64,000 bases of DNA, from the IMG/VR virus record IMGVR_UViG_3300031977_001585, positions 14,535-78,534 of that record. One strand, given 5' to 3'. This DNA is from a virus. Positions 1 through 10,905 of the stretch are shown here, one piece after another. The position numbers and the translations under genes are program-made. Each line of letters begins with the position of its first letter. Positions within the stretch are counted from its first letter, which is position 1. The notes under the pieces were generated by a model. The model did not search any database, had not been told where the DNA came from, and saw nothing but the letters and a program-made list of their open reading frames with translations.

Positions 1-3000
1 TTCGCATCGGTCACAAGATCACTTGATCCACGTGGGTGACTTGTTGCGTCAGAGAACTCACTGCCTACCTCAGTTGGATTGTCAGAGAATTGAGTGAACG
101 GTTCTTGACGCACCCACTCTGATACTGACTTGTTTCCAAAATAAGGGAACATACGAGTGTTTGGACGCAGACCCTTGACAGAGAATGAGACCTCACGAGA
201 TCGCATGAATGGAATGATTTCGATGTCAACAACACGTTGTCCTACGAACTCTTGAATAGTACGAGTCGTCGTTGTTGTTACTGTACGTCCACGTCGACGT
301 GCACGTTCAGACGATAGGTCGATAGATTGACGACGTACAGTTGTCTGTATGATGTCCGGTAGACTACGAGTCTCAACCCACTCATCCGAAGCAGGTGATA
401 GCACCATGTGCCCTGTCTGTGTGATCACGGCAAATGGGTTGACGTTCAGTGTCGACGTTGCCAATTTCTGTTCGATCAGTGCTTCGTGTGAGAATGGTAG
501 AGTAACCAAATCACCCTTCTTGAGACTCGACTGAGTTGGGTCTAGTTGTAGTCGTACCGACTGTTCACGGAATGATGGTTTTAGTTCACCCGCAAATGTT
601 TCGATCGATGCACGGTAGTCATCTGCAAACACGTCAGAGAAACTGAATCCACTGAAGTTGTCCGCAATAAATCCGGTCTTGGTTCTTGGTAGATTCGCAT
701 CGTCAAGTATTAGAATCGAGTTAGTGTCTTGCTCAAGTAAGCTGAGTGTAGTCAATTCGAACAGAGTATCGACACGTTCTTCGAGTGCCGCAATGTCTTT
801 CATTGTGAATCGTTTGTTCGGGATGTAGTTGACTCGCACGTCGTCACGTGAGAAAGTATACGCACCAATCTCTACGTTATAGAGTGGTAGAGTACCTGCC
901 GGAAGAATCGGTGCCTTTGGTGCCGGTGCTGGTTGACCTTGAATCAACTTGACCTCACCAATTCCGATCGTGTTCTCATCTGTGACGATGTTTGCCACAA
1001 GGGTGTCGATTCTTGGACGGTGGTACTGTAGGTTCTCGATAGTGATCGCAGAATTGTTCTGAGGCAATGCAAGTGTAGTGAATTCAGTAGCAGATGTCTT
1101 GGTTGGACGGAAGTCCAATACACTGCGTAGTTGTAATGTCTCACCTGATGCGGTCGTGTACGAAGGTACATCATCATATGCAACCAGAGTGTTGTCACTG
1201 TTCTTGTACGAACTTGCCGCAAAGAATACTCCATCCGTTGAGTGGACGTAGTGAGTGAACGTCACAGAGATGCTAGTTACATCACTTGGTAGACTTGATG
1301 TCGCAGTTCGTTGAATAGAAACGAAGTCATAGAAGTTGTCACGTTGGCCACCGTCCATGTTGTACATGAAAGTAGCATCTTGAACCTCTTCGTCTGTCGT
1401 ATAAGAGACAGACTTTAGTTCAACCCCATCGACCTGAGTTAGTTGATAGTACTTACCATCATCAACGGTTACTTGCTTGACCGCATAGAATTCTCTATCG
1501 TTGTTTGGTTGAGAGTTTACAGAGTCATATGCACCTACGATATAGACCTCACCATTCCATTCGATAGATGATCCTTCAGACAGATTATACCAGTACTGAT
1601 CATCCGGAGTTCTTTTCTGTAGAGTACCATCCAAGTAGAACAACCAACGATCACGATCTTCGTTATAAAAGAAGTAGTTGTTGTTTGAACCGTTCGGTAC
1701 ATAAGCAGGAGATAGTGTAGTCTCCGTACGAGTGCCCACAGATAGATCAACTGTAGTTTCTGTCAGTACCTTTGTCTTGATACGTTGACCGTCGAGAGGT
1801 GCATATCGAACTAGAGTGTAAGAACCACTCAGTCCACTGTATGTACCATCTGAAGTGGTCACGTCTAAAATACCACTATCGTCTGATAGTATCCACTGAC
1901 CAAACTCACTACCTGTTCGGTTGATCTGACCGTTAGTGTCTGCAGTGACGTTCTCGATAATACGAGCAGTGTAACTAACCTCTTGAATGCTATCCTGTAC
2001 TGGAGTAGATTCTGCTAGAGGGAATAGTAGATTGCTGTTTGAAGTTTCTTGCAGTGCGGCCGTCTTGATGCTAAGATTGACAAGACTTCCGTCCACAGTA
2101 TCTACTAGACTGGTTGCGGCACTGAATGCTTTATTAGGAAGCATCTGCACGTCAAACAGGTATGCACGGAAACCTGAACCGTAACGGTCGACACCTCGTA
2201 GTACCGCAGTTCCTAAAATATCATCATTAGTATCTTGAATGTCAACTTCAATCGTTGAGGTTGCACCACTAAAGGTAGATCCTGAATTGATCTCTACCCA
2301 ACTGCCGACACCACCAATGATGGACTCAGTGTTTGCTTCTGCTGGATCTCGTGCCTTTACGATATCGACATTAGATCGACCGACCTCTAGTCGGTATCCG
2401 TCGACGTATGCGACACCTTCAGATACATCTAAACTTAGATCGTCACCGTCTTCTTCGACGACGACTTTGAATTCTTGTGCGACGTAATCACCCGACTCTT
2501 CTTTGGTACGTACCGCAAGTAGGTCGTTGATTACATTATATGCGTCCGTGGTCTTTACTTCACGAGTGATCTTGCCTTCAACAATACGGCAGACCCATAC
2601 GAAGTTATCTGTAGATCCTTCCTCTGGACGAATGCTTGGAGTTAGTTTGATCTTGTATCGGTGTGCGCCTGGTGACGTGCGGTTAGGAACGTCCCCTTGG
2701 TTGTCATATAGATTTGGGTCTTCACCTTCTGTGACAATAGACTCTTCGATCAAGAAACCTAGATCAACAGTAGGAGTAGAACTGTACTTGTCAAGGAATA
2801 CCTGTGACTGCTCGACATAGACAAAGTGTCCCTGTACAAAGAACTCACCTTCTGCAAAGTAAGCACGTGTACCACGACCCGAAGGTTCAATAGTGCGAAC
2901 CGATCCATCGGGAAGATCGACATTCTTTGGTTGAGCAACAACCATGCCTGAGACACCACCGTTTAGATAGGTGATGACATTGCCTTCCTTGACACGGGCA

Positions 3001-3404
3001 GGTTCTTCTGTGTTAGTAGATGCTAACGTATCAGTGTATCGAATGTATAGAGTTGTTGGATCACCGTTCTCTGCAGACACGACCTCAGTCACGACGAAGT
3101 TTAGTCCTTCTTCGTTCGTGAATGTGACCTCTGTAACATTGCTAGGGACGACACTTGAGTCAGACAGACGAATGTACTCTAACGAGTTGTCGATAGTCGA
3201 ACCACCCGGTTTGACCAGAGCACCTTCACGGAAGATGTTACGACCGAAACGAGCAATCTCCTCTTGGATGATTGTCTGTGCTTCGTTTAGTTCTCTTGCC
3301 TGTAGTGCACGGCCTGAGTTGAACAAGACACGGTGGTAGTTATCACCGTCCTCATAAAAGTCACGGTACGTCTCTCTAAAGGTTTTACTTGTAAAATCTG
3401 ACAT
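1..3404 (-). CDS. Large virion structural protein, DUF4815/VrlC-like (3' end runs off the window)
   Basis: Not in the ORF track because it has no stop in the window. N-terminus translated by hand from ATG 3404: MSDFTSKTFRETYRDFYEDGDNYHRVLFNSGRALQARELNEAQTIIQEEIARFGRNIFREGA, the typical start of the large tail protein that follows gp8 in T4-like phages. Confidence 0.8.
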   Translation of the reverse strand, partial: MSDFTSKTFRETYRDFYEDGDNYHRVLFNSGRALQARELNEAQTIIQEEIARFGRNIFREGALVKPGGSTIDNSLEYIRLSDSSVVPSNVTEVTFTNEEGLNFVVTEVVSAENGDPTTLYIRYTDTLASTNTEEPARVKEGNVITYLNGGVSGMVVAQPKNVDLPDGSVRTIEPSGRGTRAYFAEGEFFVQGHFVYVEQSQVFLDKYSSTPTVDLGFLIEESIVTEGEDPNLYDNQGDVPNRTSPGAHRYKIKLTPSIRPEEGSTDNFVWVCRIVEGKITREVKTTDAYNVINDLLAVRTKEESGDYVAQEFKVVVEEDGDDLSLDVSEGVAYVDGYRLEVGRSNVDIVKARDPAEANTESIIGGVGSWVEINSGSTFSGATSTIEVDIQDTNDDILGTAVLRGVDRYGSGFRAYLFDVQMLPNKAFSAATSLVDTVDGSLVNLSIKTAALQETSNSNLLFPLAESTPVQDSIQEVSYTARIIENVTADTNGQINRTGSEFGQWILSDDSGILDVTTSDGTYSGLSGSYTLVRYAPLDGQRIKTKVLTETTVDLSVGTRTETTLSPAYVPNGSNNNYFFYNEDRDRWLFYLDGTLQKRTPDDQYWYNLSEGSSIEWNGEVYIVGAYDSVNSQPNNDREFYAVKQVTVDDGKYYQLTQVDGVELKSVSYTTDEEVQDATFMYNMDGGQRDNFYDFVSIQRTATSSLPSDVTSISVTFTHYVHSTDGVFFAASSYKNSDNTLVAYDDVPSYTTASGETLQLRSVLDFRPTKTSATEFTTLALPQNNSAITIENLQYHRPRIDTLVANIVTDENTIGIGEVKLIQGQPAPAPKAPILPAGTLPLYNVEIGAYTFSRDDVRVNYIPNKRFTMKDIAALEERVDTLFELTTLSLLEQDTNSILILDDANLPRTKTGFIADNFSGFSFSDVFADDYRASIETFAGELKPSFREQSVRLQLDPTQSSLKKGDLVTLPFSHEALIEQKLATSTLNVNPFAVITQTGHMVLSPASDEWVETRSLPDIIQTTVRRQSIDLSSERARRRGRTVTTTTTRTIQEFVGQRVVDIEIIPFMRSREVSFSVKGLRPNTRMFPYFGNKSVSEWVRQEPFTQFSDNPTEVGSEFSDATSHPRGSSDLVTDA

Positions 3405-3412
3405 CACCTATC

Positions 3413-4762
3413 CTATATTGTAATGACAACTTTAATGTCTTCCTGCTGCTCGGCATCCCTACGAATGCGTGAACGGTTCTCGATGTAAAGAACATCACCA
3501 CTATGTCTATCTATCTCGTACTTATCAGTCTTTAGTGTGATAGAGGATGGGGTAGTCCCATCGGTAACACCTTCGTTTTCATCGAATGGAATAAATCCGG
3601 TCGACTCGTTTTGGTGATAGAACACGAACTCATCAACAGACTCGTTAACGTATGCACGTGCACCACTGTTCTCTTGATAGATGACATCCCCAGACTTATA
3701 TGGAGACGAACTAGTTAGAGTCAATGACGACATGACCTTACCGGACACATGAGTGTATGGTTGACCTTCTGGTGTCAGTGGGTTCTTGATGACACCGATC
3801 TGACGGAATGTGTTTTCGACGATGAAGGTGTTGCCTTCTTTACCGTCTGGTTTGATGTTCAGTAGCACTGAACTTGTTTTTAAATCATCTACTGGATCAG
3901 CACCAAGACCTGACGGTGGAGTGATCACGGCACGGACAACACATGGTTCAGTGTTAGCACCTACAATCTCTAGGGTTGCTTCTGTGTATCCTGCACCAAA
4001 CTCAATCATGCGAACACCGACGACAGATCCGTTATATACGATTGCTTCTGCCGTAGCCTCGGTTGTGCCGTCACCGTGAACGGTTACCGTGGTGGATTCT
4101 TGAGTGTACCCAGCACCACCTGATATAACCTCACCACGAAGAATCTCACCACCGACTGCGGCATTCATTACGTTCAATTGTAGATCTTCAATCCCGTCTG
4201 CGTTACACTTAGAGGTAGGTCCAGTTAGACCCACTGGGATGTGGTTGGTTGATAGGTACTGATAGATGTTTTGTGGTGTCAGTGCAAACAGGAACTTCCA
4301 AACGTAGTTGTCTGCTGTCCTAAACGGTTTCTTGTAGTCGACGTTTAGTTCGCAGTAGTTTGGTTCGATAGTCGATGGGATTGTTTGACCATCGTATCGA
4401 GTCCCTTGCTCAAGGCATAGGTATACCTCTTTCGCACTGTTCATCACGAAAAAGTTTGTTGCTTCGTCTGCATTGACGTTATCTGACCATGCGTCGTAGA
4501 TGTCGTTTGCATTCCAGTTAACACGTGTTGCGACGAAGATTGCACCTTCGACTTTCTTGATAGACTGAAGGTTGTGTCTGAATTCTCGTTCTTCTAAGGA
4601 ACCATCAATAGGAGTATACGGATGATCTACGTCATCCCCCGATGTTGGGAATACATCCGACTTACCAATGCCGATGTAGTACTCATTGCTAGAGTTGATG
4701 ACATCCTCAAGAAACTGTCGAGCCAGAGTTCGACTCAATGTTTGTCTGACAATTGCTGGCAT
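3413..4762 (-). CDS. gp8: Baseplate wedge subunit, T4 gp8-like
   Basis: YYIGIGKS, YVWKFLFAL and C-terminal GDVLYIENRSRIRR..QQEDIKVVI motifs; baseplate context. Confidence 0.85.
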   Translation of the reverse strand: MPAIVRQTLSRTLARQFLEDVINSSNEYYIGIGKSDVFPTSGDDVDHPYTPIDGSLEEREFRHNLQSIKKVEGAIFVATRVNWNANDIYDAWSDNVNADEATNFFVMNSAKEVYLCLEQGTRYDGQTIPSTIEPNYCELNVDYKKPFRTADNYVWKFLFALTPQNIYQYLSTNHIPVGLTGPTSKCNADGIEDLQLNVMNAAVGGEILRGEVISGGAGYTQESTTVTVHGDGTTEATAEAIVYNGSVVGVRMIEFGAGYTEATLEIVGANTEPCVVRAVITPPSGLGADPVDDLKTSSVLLNIKPDGKEGNTFIVENTFRQIGVIKNPLTPEGQPYTHVSGKVMSSLTLTSSSPYKSGDVIYQENSGARAYVNESVDEFVFYHQNESTGFIPFDENEGVTDGTTPSSITLKTDKYEIDRHSGDVLYIENRSRIRRDAEQQEDIKVVITI

Positions 4763-4804
4763 TATAATTTCCTATTAAAAAGTCCTAACTTATATATAGT
4801 GATT

Positions 4805-6718
4805 TTACGATAATTTGCCAAGAATTACTCTTGGATTTCCGTCCGAATCGTTAATTGTTATGGTATCATTGTCTAATACCATAGATGATAGATCTCCAGA
4901 AGCCTGACTAGTACTGTTCTGTACCGCACCTAAACTTATTGAATTACTTTCGATACGACCCCCGTTAATCACAGTCGATCCATTAGCACCGACCGATGTC
5001 GGATCAAGAATTGGGATACCGTCTCCACCGTTAGTTAATTCTAAGCTTCCAGCAGTGCTATTCGTGAACGACACAACACCGTTGAAACTAATCAATGACT
5101 GTACAGCACTACCTGTGTCTGTAGAAGTTGCCGCAACACCAGTGGAATCAACGAAAACGAGATCTGACCAATAGACGGTCGTGGACGGTGATACTGCAAC
5201 TGTCGGGGCAGACAAAGACCAATTCGTAGTATCGTCTAAAACGACAACACCCGTTGCCCAAGTAATGGTGCCACTTGGTGCAGTAGTGCTTGTTGTACTA
5301 TATGCACGGAAGGTTGAGTATCGACCTGCTGGAGTACCGTTACTTCCAACGAATGGAACATAAGTAGCAGAAAGAAGGGTATTTGGAAGATCACTGTCCT
5401 GAGTCGGTTTAGGTGCTGTCCATTCATAGAATGTAACAAACTTCTTCGTATCTAGAGTCAATGAAATCTGATTCATAGCACTTGGATTTTGCACCGAAGA
5501 ATATACAGGCATCACACCTTGTGCTGGTGGTGCGTTCGGAGTCTCACCTACGAACTTGATCCATGTACCACTGATATCATTGATTGTTGGTTTAGTATCA
5601 GTCCACTCATAATACAGTACATATTCTTGTCCGGCCTGTCGGTCAAAGTTTTTATTAGTACCACTCGCATCGTCTGCGTAAACTACCAAGACACCTTCAG
5701 AAGTACCATTGTCACCGTCGGTGATATCAAAAGAGGTATCTCCGATTGTAACTGTAGTTACTCCGGTAGAAGCATTATAAGAAGTCGATACACCAGGTGG
5801 TTGTGCATTTTCACCACCAACACCGACAATCTGTGCGTCACCAAATTCAGAGGCCGCAATGATGTCTGTAGTCCCACGTGCAACGACAGATCCCTGAATG
5901 ATCCAAAGATACTCACCATTCGTGATAGAAGGAGCACTCTGAGTCCATCCGTTAAAATCAGCACCGGACTCTGCAGTCAACAAACCACTAGAAAAGGTAT
6001 GCTTGAAATCTCCCGACGGATCTGTTGGAGCACTTGACGCATCACTGTTTTTGTTGTATAGTTGTACAACTGCAGTATTGTATCCGTCCAGTCCCGTTCC
6101 TGACAGAACGGTTGCGGCACTAAACTCACCTGCTGGGATGATGTCTGTACTGCCCGTGTTCGATGCAGTTGCTTGCTTGACCCAAACATAGTTACCTGGT
6201 GCAACTGTAGGTAAATCTTGAGACCACCCATTTAGAGTTCCACCTGACAAAGCACCTGTTTCGTAAGTGTAGGTAAAGTCCCCCGATGGGTTTCCAGTCG
6301 GTGCCGTAGTATTGCTTGTGCCTGGCTTGAATATGAAGACCGTCGCAACACTAGTTGCTGGGTCTGGTTGTGTCGGTTGGAAACCAACACGTGAAAGAAC
6401 AACAGGACCGTTCCAATCATCGTTATCAAACGTTGCGGTAGATCCTACTGGTCCTTCTAGTGTGATCGACACCATCCACAGTGCTTCCGAAAAGGAAAGA
6501 CTGTCGGGTACGGTCGACCAGTTAGCAAAAGCAGTGGAGACACTGGCAGTCAGTACTCCACTTAAAAAGTTGTATTCAAAGTTCCCCTGTGGTACAGTTG
6601 GTGCACTAGCATCTGCACTAGTCTTATAAAAGTACTGCAGTGTTACTCGTGACGTGCCGTCTTGTAGATCTACAAGAGAGACAGAATCAGAAGCATATCG
6701 TGTCCATAATACCGACAT
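4805..6718 (-). CDS. Tail fibre/adhesin-like protein with internal domain repeats
   Basis: S/T/G-rich. Three to four repeats of about 100 aa (APT.P.G.F.Y.F..G.L....NGWSQ..P....Y.W), two YYEWT..KP repeats, C-terminal RVILGKLS typical of tail proteins. Confidence 0.65.
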   Translation of the reverse strand: MSVLWTRYASDSVSLVDLQDGTSRVTLQYFYKTSADASAPTVPQGNFEYNFLSGVLTASVSTAFANWSTVPDSLSFSEALWMVSITLEGPVGSTATFDNDDWNGPVVLSRVGFQPTQPDPATSVATVFIFKPGTSNTTAPTGNPSGDFTYTYETGALSGGTLNGWSQDLPTVAPGNYVWVKQATASNTGSTDIIPAGEFSAATVLSGTGLDGYNTAVVQLYNKNSDASSAPTDPSGDFKHTFSSGLLTAESGADFNGWTQSAPSITNGEYLWIIQGSVVARGTTDIIAASEFGDAQIVGVGGENAQPPGVSTSYNASTGVTTVTIGDTSFDITDGDNGTSEGVLVVYADDASGTNKNFDRQAGQEYVLYYEWTDTKPTINDISGTWIKFVGETPNAPPAQGVMPVYSSVQNPSAMNQISLTLDTKKFVTFYEWTAPKPTQDSDLPNTLLSATYVPFVGSNGTPAGRYSTFRAYSTTSTTAPSGTITWATGVVVLDDTTNWSLSAPTVAVSPSTTVYWSDLVFVDSTGVAATSTDTGSAVQSLISFNGVVSFTNSTAGSLELTNGGDGIPILDPTSVGANGSTVINGGRIESNSISLGAVQNSTSQASGDLSSMVLDNDTITINDSDGNPRVILGKLS

Positions 6719-6734
6719 GGGGAACCCTTAATAA

Positions 6735-7907
6735 TTAAGATGTTGACTTAGTTACAGTGACATCACAACGGATGCTGATTGGTGCAGATGTATCTGGCAC
6801 AACGTCTGGACCTGCAGTAATCGCAGAGAAGTTGTTGTTGGTACCATCGGCAAAAACACCACCAGCTGTTACTACAGTAGAATCACTTGCTGAAGCGACT
6901 CGTACCGAAGATCCATCTCCGTATTCCCAACTGTACTTAATCTCGAAACCACCAACACCGTCAGTAATCTCATTATCACCTTCACTCGTTGCATCTGTAA
7001 CAACCGCAGTTAGTGTTACTGGAGTACCTGAGTTGTTACGGAATATGGTTGAACCACCAGAAGTTTCGATGTCTACCTTGATAGCACCACGACCAGCAAG
7101 CAGTTTAGCAACACTTACTACGTCTTGACCCTGATCACCAGAAACCTTCATAGTATATGAGAATGCAGAGTCACCTACGTTAGATGGAGCAATCTTGATC
7201 TGAGATCCTGTTGTCCAACCTTCGGTAGGAAGTGATCCGGTTGTTGTGAAACTATCTGATTGAGATAGTCGATATCCAGCAATCTTTCCTGCTTCAGTAC
7301 CTACAGTTGTGGCACTGAATGCTCCACCGTTTGTCTTAGTAGAGATTGCAACGTTAGTGGCAGTACCAGTAACAACGAACTCGACGATTACATCGTTTTG
7401 ATCAGATGCCAATACACCGTCTGCGTCTGCAAGGAATGTGTGGTCTGACTGGATAAGATTGATGACCGTACTGTCCGCACCGTCACGTACAATAGTAACA
7501 CTTAGTTCTAGGTCGATAGTGCCTGTGAACTTACCTGTGTTATATGCAACAGTAACGATTACTGTACCACTACGCTTATACTCTGCGGCATCTGGTGCCA
7601 CAATCGCATCACATGTGATAGTACCGTCTGCACCTTCTACGAAAGTGAACCCTGTTGCTTGTTGAATATCATCAATAACAAACTCTCCATCACCCGCAGT
7701 TGCGTTTGATGAGTATGCTAATTCTGTTCCTCCAACATATGCTTGCACGTTAGTTTGAAAATCTGTACGTGCAGCGTCTCCGACTTGACCTGTAGGACTA
7801 CTGATAAAAGTATGGTTCGCATTGGTCAAGAAAGCAGATACCGCACTTTGACCGTCAATTACGTCGGTTAAGGTAACGGCCGCCGTGGCAGTTCTTACAA
7901 TTGCCAT
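6735..7907 (-). CDS. Tail-associated beta-rich (Ig-like) structural protein
   Basis: T/V/G-rich; AVTLTDVIDG start and IFRNNSG.VTLTA motif seen in phage tail-fibre-associated proteins. Confidence 0.55.
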   Translation of the reverse strand: MAIVRTATAAVTLTDVIDGQSAVSAFLTNANHTFISSPTGQVGDAARTDFQTNVQAYVGGTELAYSSNATAGDGEFVIDDIQQATGFTFVEGADGTITCDAIVAPDAAEYKRSGTVIVTVAYNTGKFTGTIDLELSVTIVRDGADSTVINLIQSDHTFLADADGVLASDQNDVIVEFVVTGTATNVAISTKTNGGAFSATTVGTEAGKIAGYRLSQSDSFTTTGSLPTEGWTTGSQIKIAPSNVGDSAFSYTMKVSGDQGQDVVSVAKLLAGRGAIKVDIETSGGSTIFRNNSGTPVTLTAVVTDATSEGDNEITDGVGGFEIKYSWEYGDGSSVRVASASDSTVVTAGGVFADGTNNNFSAITAGPDVVPDTSAPISIRCDVTVTKSTS

Positions 7908-7909
7908 GA

Positions 7910-8686
7910 TTAACCCTCTTCTTTATCGTTAATAGTTAATTGAATTGGCAGTGTCCCAGAATTAGGAACTGCCTTTGCTTCGATGAAAATAGACTTCAGT
8001 TCACCATTACTAAACTCTTGCGCAGTTGATTCAGCCGGTATGCCAAAACCAATTGGACAAGTGCCGTCGTCTCCTACAGTAACAATAGTTCCGTCTATAT
8101 GTGACACGTAACGTGTCGTCTTATTAATGCACACGGGTTTACCCCCCGATGTCCATTGATAATCATAATCCCCGTATTGGTTTTCATCAATACCCAATCC
8201 GTTGATTGAAATTCGTGCTTGCAATTCGGTCTCACCCGAATCGTTTAAAAACACTGTTCCGTTCACTGCCGTGATTGCGACGTTAAGATCCTCGTAACCA
8301 CGATCGTAAATAAGTGCTGGAGCAGTCCACTCCCCCGGTAGAATAGTCTTCTGAGACACACCATCCACGCGTGGTACAGATGTTTGAATAAGAAATACGT
8401 ATCTTCCGTCTGTTGGAATGCTCAACTTCCATCCCTGTAGAGTTGGATCTTCTGGCATGGTAATGTCGTTGCCAGAGAAATCGTAAATCGTAGGTAGGGA
8501 AATATCTTCTGACTCGGGAAGAGTCGGTTCATTGAATGCTTTGTAGAGTTCTACTCGTAGACCACCACTAGCAGAAAGACGGTACAGTTCTTCGAAGTTG
8601 TCGTTGACCTTTTCTGCGGTTGTGCGGAGTGTATCTCCGGTACCATCGTTACCTGCACCACCAGTGTTAATAATTTGTCTTGGCAT
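7910..8686 (-). CDS. Baseplate-attached fibre protein with gp9/gp10-like N-terminus
   Basis: MPRQIINTGGAGNDGTGDTLRTTAEKVNDNFEELY is the NDGTGD.LR...K.N.NF baseplate-attachment motif; preceded by a late promoter. Confidence 0.7.
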   Translation of the reverse strand: MPRQIINTGGAGNDGTGDTLRTTAEKVNDNFEELYRLSASGGLRVELYKAFNEPTLPESEDISLPTIYDFSGNDITMPEDPTLQGWKLSIPTDGRYVFLIQTSVPRVDGVSQKTILPGEWTAPALIYDRGYEDLNVAITAVNGTVFLNDSGETELQARISINGLGIDENQYGDYDYQWTSGGKPVCINKTTRYVSHIDGTIVTVGDDGTCPIGFGIPAESTAQEFSNGELKSIFIEAKAVPNSGTLPIQLTINDKEEG

Positions 8687-8713
8687 GAAAATTGTCTCTC
8701 AATTCAATGTCAG

Positions 8714-8721
8714 TATTTATA
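8714..8721 (-). promoter_or_regulatory. T4-type late promoter TATAAATA
   Basis: Exact TATAAATA on the minus strand, 28 nt upstream of the 8686 start. Confidence 0.75.
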
Positions 8722-10903
8722 CCTGATCTACCTCTGGATTTTGACCAGGAGGAGTATCTGGTTCCGTCGGTTCTGTAGACCCATCATCTGGTTCCGTCGG
8801 TCCTGTAGACCCACCCGCAATCTTAATAGGAATGACTTTGCTGAATGTGACGTTCACATTGTCAAACCAAGAAGATACCGTAACCGACAGATCCTCTCCT
8901 CCAGTGACGGTACCTATGTTGGCAACATAGACTAACTCCGGTATTGTATTTTGTGTCCCGTCTTCGCGAAGGTCAATATAAACCGTACCTAATGGATTTT
9001 CTTGCAAACTCTTATCTACCCATCCGTCACCAAACTCTAGCACCAACTGTTGCCCTGCAAGAGAACTACCCATAATTAAAAACTCAACACTCTCTGTTGA
9101 TGGATCGAGTACTAATTCTTCGTCAGTAAATCCTTGCTGATTACTAGGGTATGGTATATTAGGTTTCGCAATGTGAAGGGCAAAGTGAGTAAATGCATCA
9201 TCCGGATACTCATTCGCTGCACCTGGTGACATGCTAATCACAACGTTTGGATCTGTAAGATCTGTGCTAGGGTTAGCAATTCCAGAAAGATTAACGTCGG
9301 CAGTAATTGTGTGCTCAGACGTTGATACCTTCGATAAACCCTTCACCCTAGATTTAAATACGACCGTGGTCTCTAATGGTATTGACGGATCTGAATCAAG
9401 GTTAGTTTCTTCGACCGTACACTTAAACGACACTACTCCACTGCTTGTAATTGTTTCTCGTGTGTCATTCAGTAGAACCGAAACGTTAGGGTTACTCTCA
9501 CTGCTGTTGGATTCTATATTAAAGAATATTTCATAACTTTCACCAGCACCGACGGAACCATCTAACCATCTACCAGAGGATAATATTCCAATACCATCAC
9601 TACCTGACGATTTGACTGCGTAGGTTCCGTTGGGTGAATACTCAACGGTAACACTGGTTCTTCGTACCAACTGGGTCATCCACGAACCAAGATTACCTGT
9701 GCCAGCAGTGTTTACAATAAGTTTACGACGACCACTTTCAGTTACAACAGTTAACGGGTCCGGCCAGATACCTGTTGGATATTCGGTTGGTTCGGTCGAT
9801 GTAAATGGTAGATACATCTTAGGTTGTCTATCTGGAGAAACAAAACTACTTGTGCTAGGATACTCTATGAACGAGTCTGGAGAGTTGATGAAATCATAGT
9901 ATAGATTACCATCTACAAAATATGATGATCCATTTAACTGTCCACCAGAAAACGATTTTGGTACTATAACAGGTTCAGACCATGATCCTGCTACGTATTC
10001 ATACACTTCAGTTTTATACCCATCCGAAACAATTAACTGATCGGTACTTGCAGTGATGACCGGAAATGGTTTATACTCTACAACCGTTCCTGCTTCAGGA
10101 CCAAGACCTTCCGGTACTGATATAGGATAATTGCCACCAAGCACCGCACTCCTTTCATGTATCAATTCTTTCATGGTACCATCACCAACGAACACATCAA
10201 GGGTCTCTTCTGCTTCTACTACAACCCCTGTCCCTAGGTTAGTAAGACCAGCAGTGATCATGCTCTCTACGTCATGTACCCAAACAGTAGGAATCCACGG
10301 GTCAGTGCCAGCATGAAACTCTGGGGCACTACTCCACTGTGTGTTTATAATCTTCTGCTTACCACCTATCGTTACTACCTGAGCGTTTTCTACACTAAAT
10401 TCATAACGATATATGTTCGTTGGAATAATGAATGATAGGTTTGTGTACTCATATGTGATACCATATTCGTTGGTATGTTCATATTTAAGATTATCCAAAT
10501 TGTCTAAATCTAAAAATCCGAACGACCGACCATAATGAATCCAATCAGATCCTGTCCATTTACGAGTATATCCCGCAGGGAATACTAGCCATCGATCATC
10601 GACAACAAAAACATCTGAAACTAGGTTAGTAGCAGACTCAGTAGTAGAACCCCCTGCCATAAATCTGTATGTTGCCCAGTTTTCAATGTTTGGTAGGTAC
10701 TGTAGTTCTTCTACCAGATTCCAGTTGCTGTCATATAACGTTATTGCGGCACCATATGGCAATTCATTTTCTATCTGTGCCTCTGCAACAAAGTGCCCTT
10801 TAAGAGAATTGAATACAATGTTTCGTGTAGGAGTTGATACTACTTGAGAACCAAATAAACTTTTAGCATACATTCCACTTACTGCGTATGTCCCATCTGC
10901 CAT
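8717..10903 (-). CDS. Putative virion structural/receptor-binding protein (728 aa)
   Basis: Long acidic, beta-rich ORF in the tail module with a P/T/E-rich C-terminal linker. Confidence 0.5.
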   Translation of the reverse strand: MADGTYAVSGMYAKSLFGSQVVSTPTRNIVFNSLKGHFVAEAQIENELPYGAAITLYDSNWNLVEELQYLPNIENWATYRFMAGGSTTESATNLVSDVFVVDDRWLVFPAGYTRKWTGSDWIHYGRSFGFLDLDNLDNLKYEHTNEYGITYEYTNLSFIIPTNIYRYEFSVENAQVVTIGGKQKIINTQWSSAPEFHAGTDPWIPTVWVHDVESMITAGLTNLGTGVVVEAEETLDVFVGDGTMKELIHERSAVLGGNYPISVPEGLGPEAGTVVEYKPFPVITASTDQLIVSDGYKTEVYEYVAGSWSEPVIVPKSFSGGQLNGSSYFVDGNLYYDFINSPDSFIEYPSTSSFVSPDRQPKMYLPFTSTEPTEYPTGIWPDPLTVVTESGRRKLIVNTAGTGNLGSWMTQLVRRTSVTVEYSPNGTYAVKSSGSDGIGILSSGRWLDGSVGAGESYEIFFNIESNSSESNPNVSVLLNDTRETITSSGVVSFKCTVEETNLDSDPSIPLETTVVFKSRVKGLSKVSTSEHTITADVNLSGIANPSTDLTDPNVVISMSPGAANEYPDDAFTHFALHIAKPNIPYPSNQQGFTDEELVLDPSTESVEFLIMGSSLAGQQLVLEFGDGWVDKSLQENPLGTVYIDLREDGTQNTIPELVYVANIGTVTGGEDLSVTVSSWFDNVNVTFSKVIPIKIAGGSTGPTEPDDGSTEPTEPDTPPGQNPEVDQV
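8756..8813. repeat. 30-bp tandem duplication encoding GSTGPTEPDD/GSTEPTEPD
   Basis: ATCTGGTTCCGTCGGT(T/C)CTGTAGACCCA occurs twice. Confidence 0.85.
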
Positions 10904-10905
10904 GA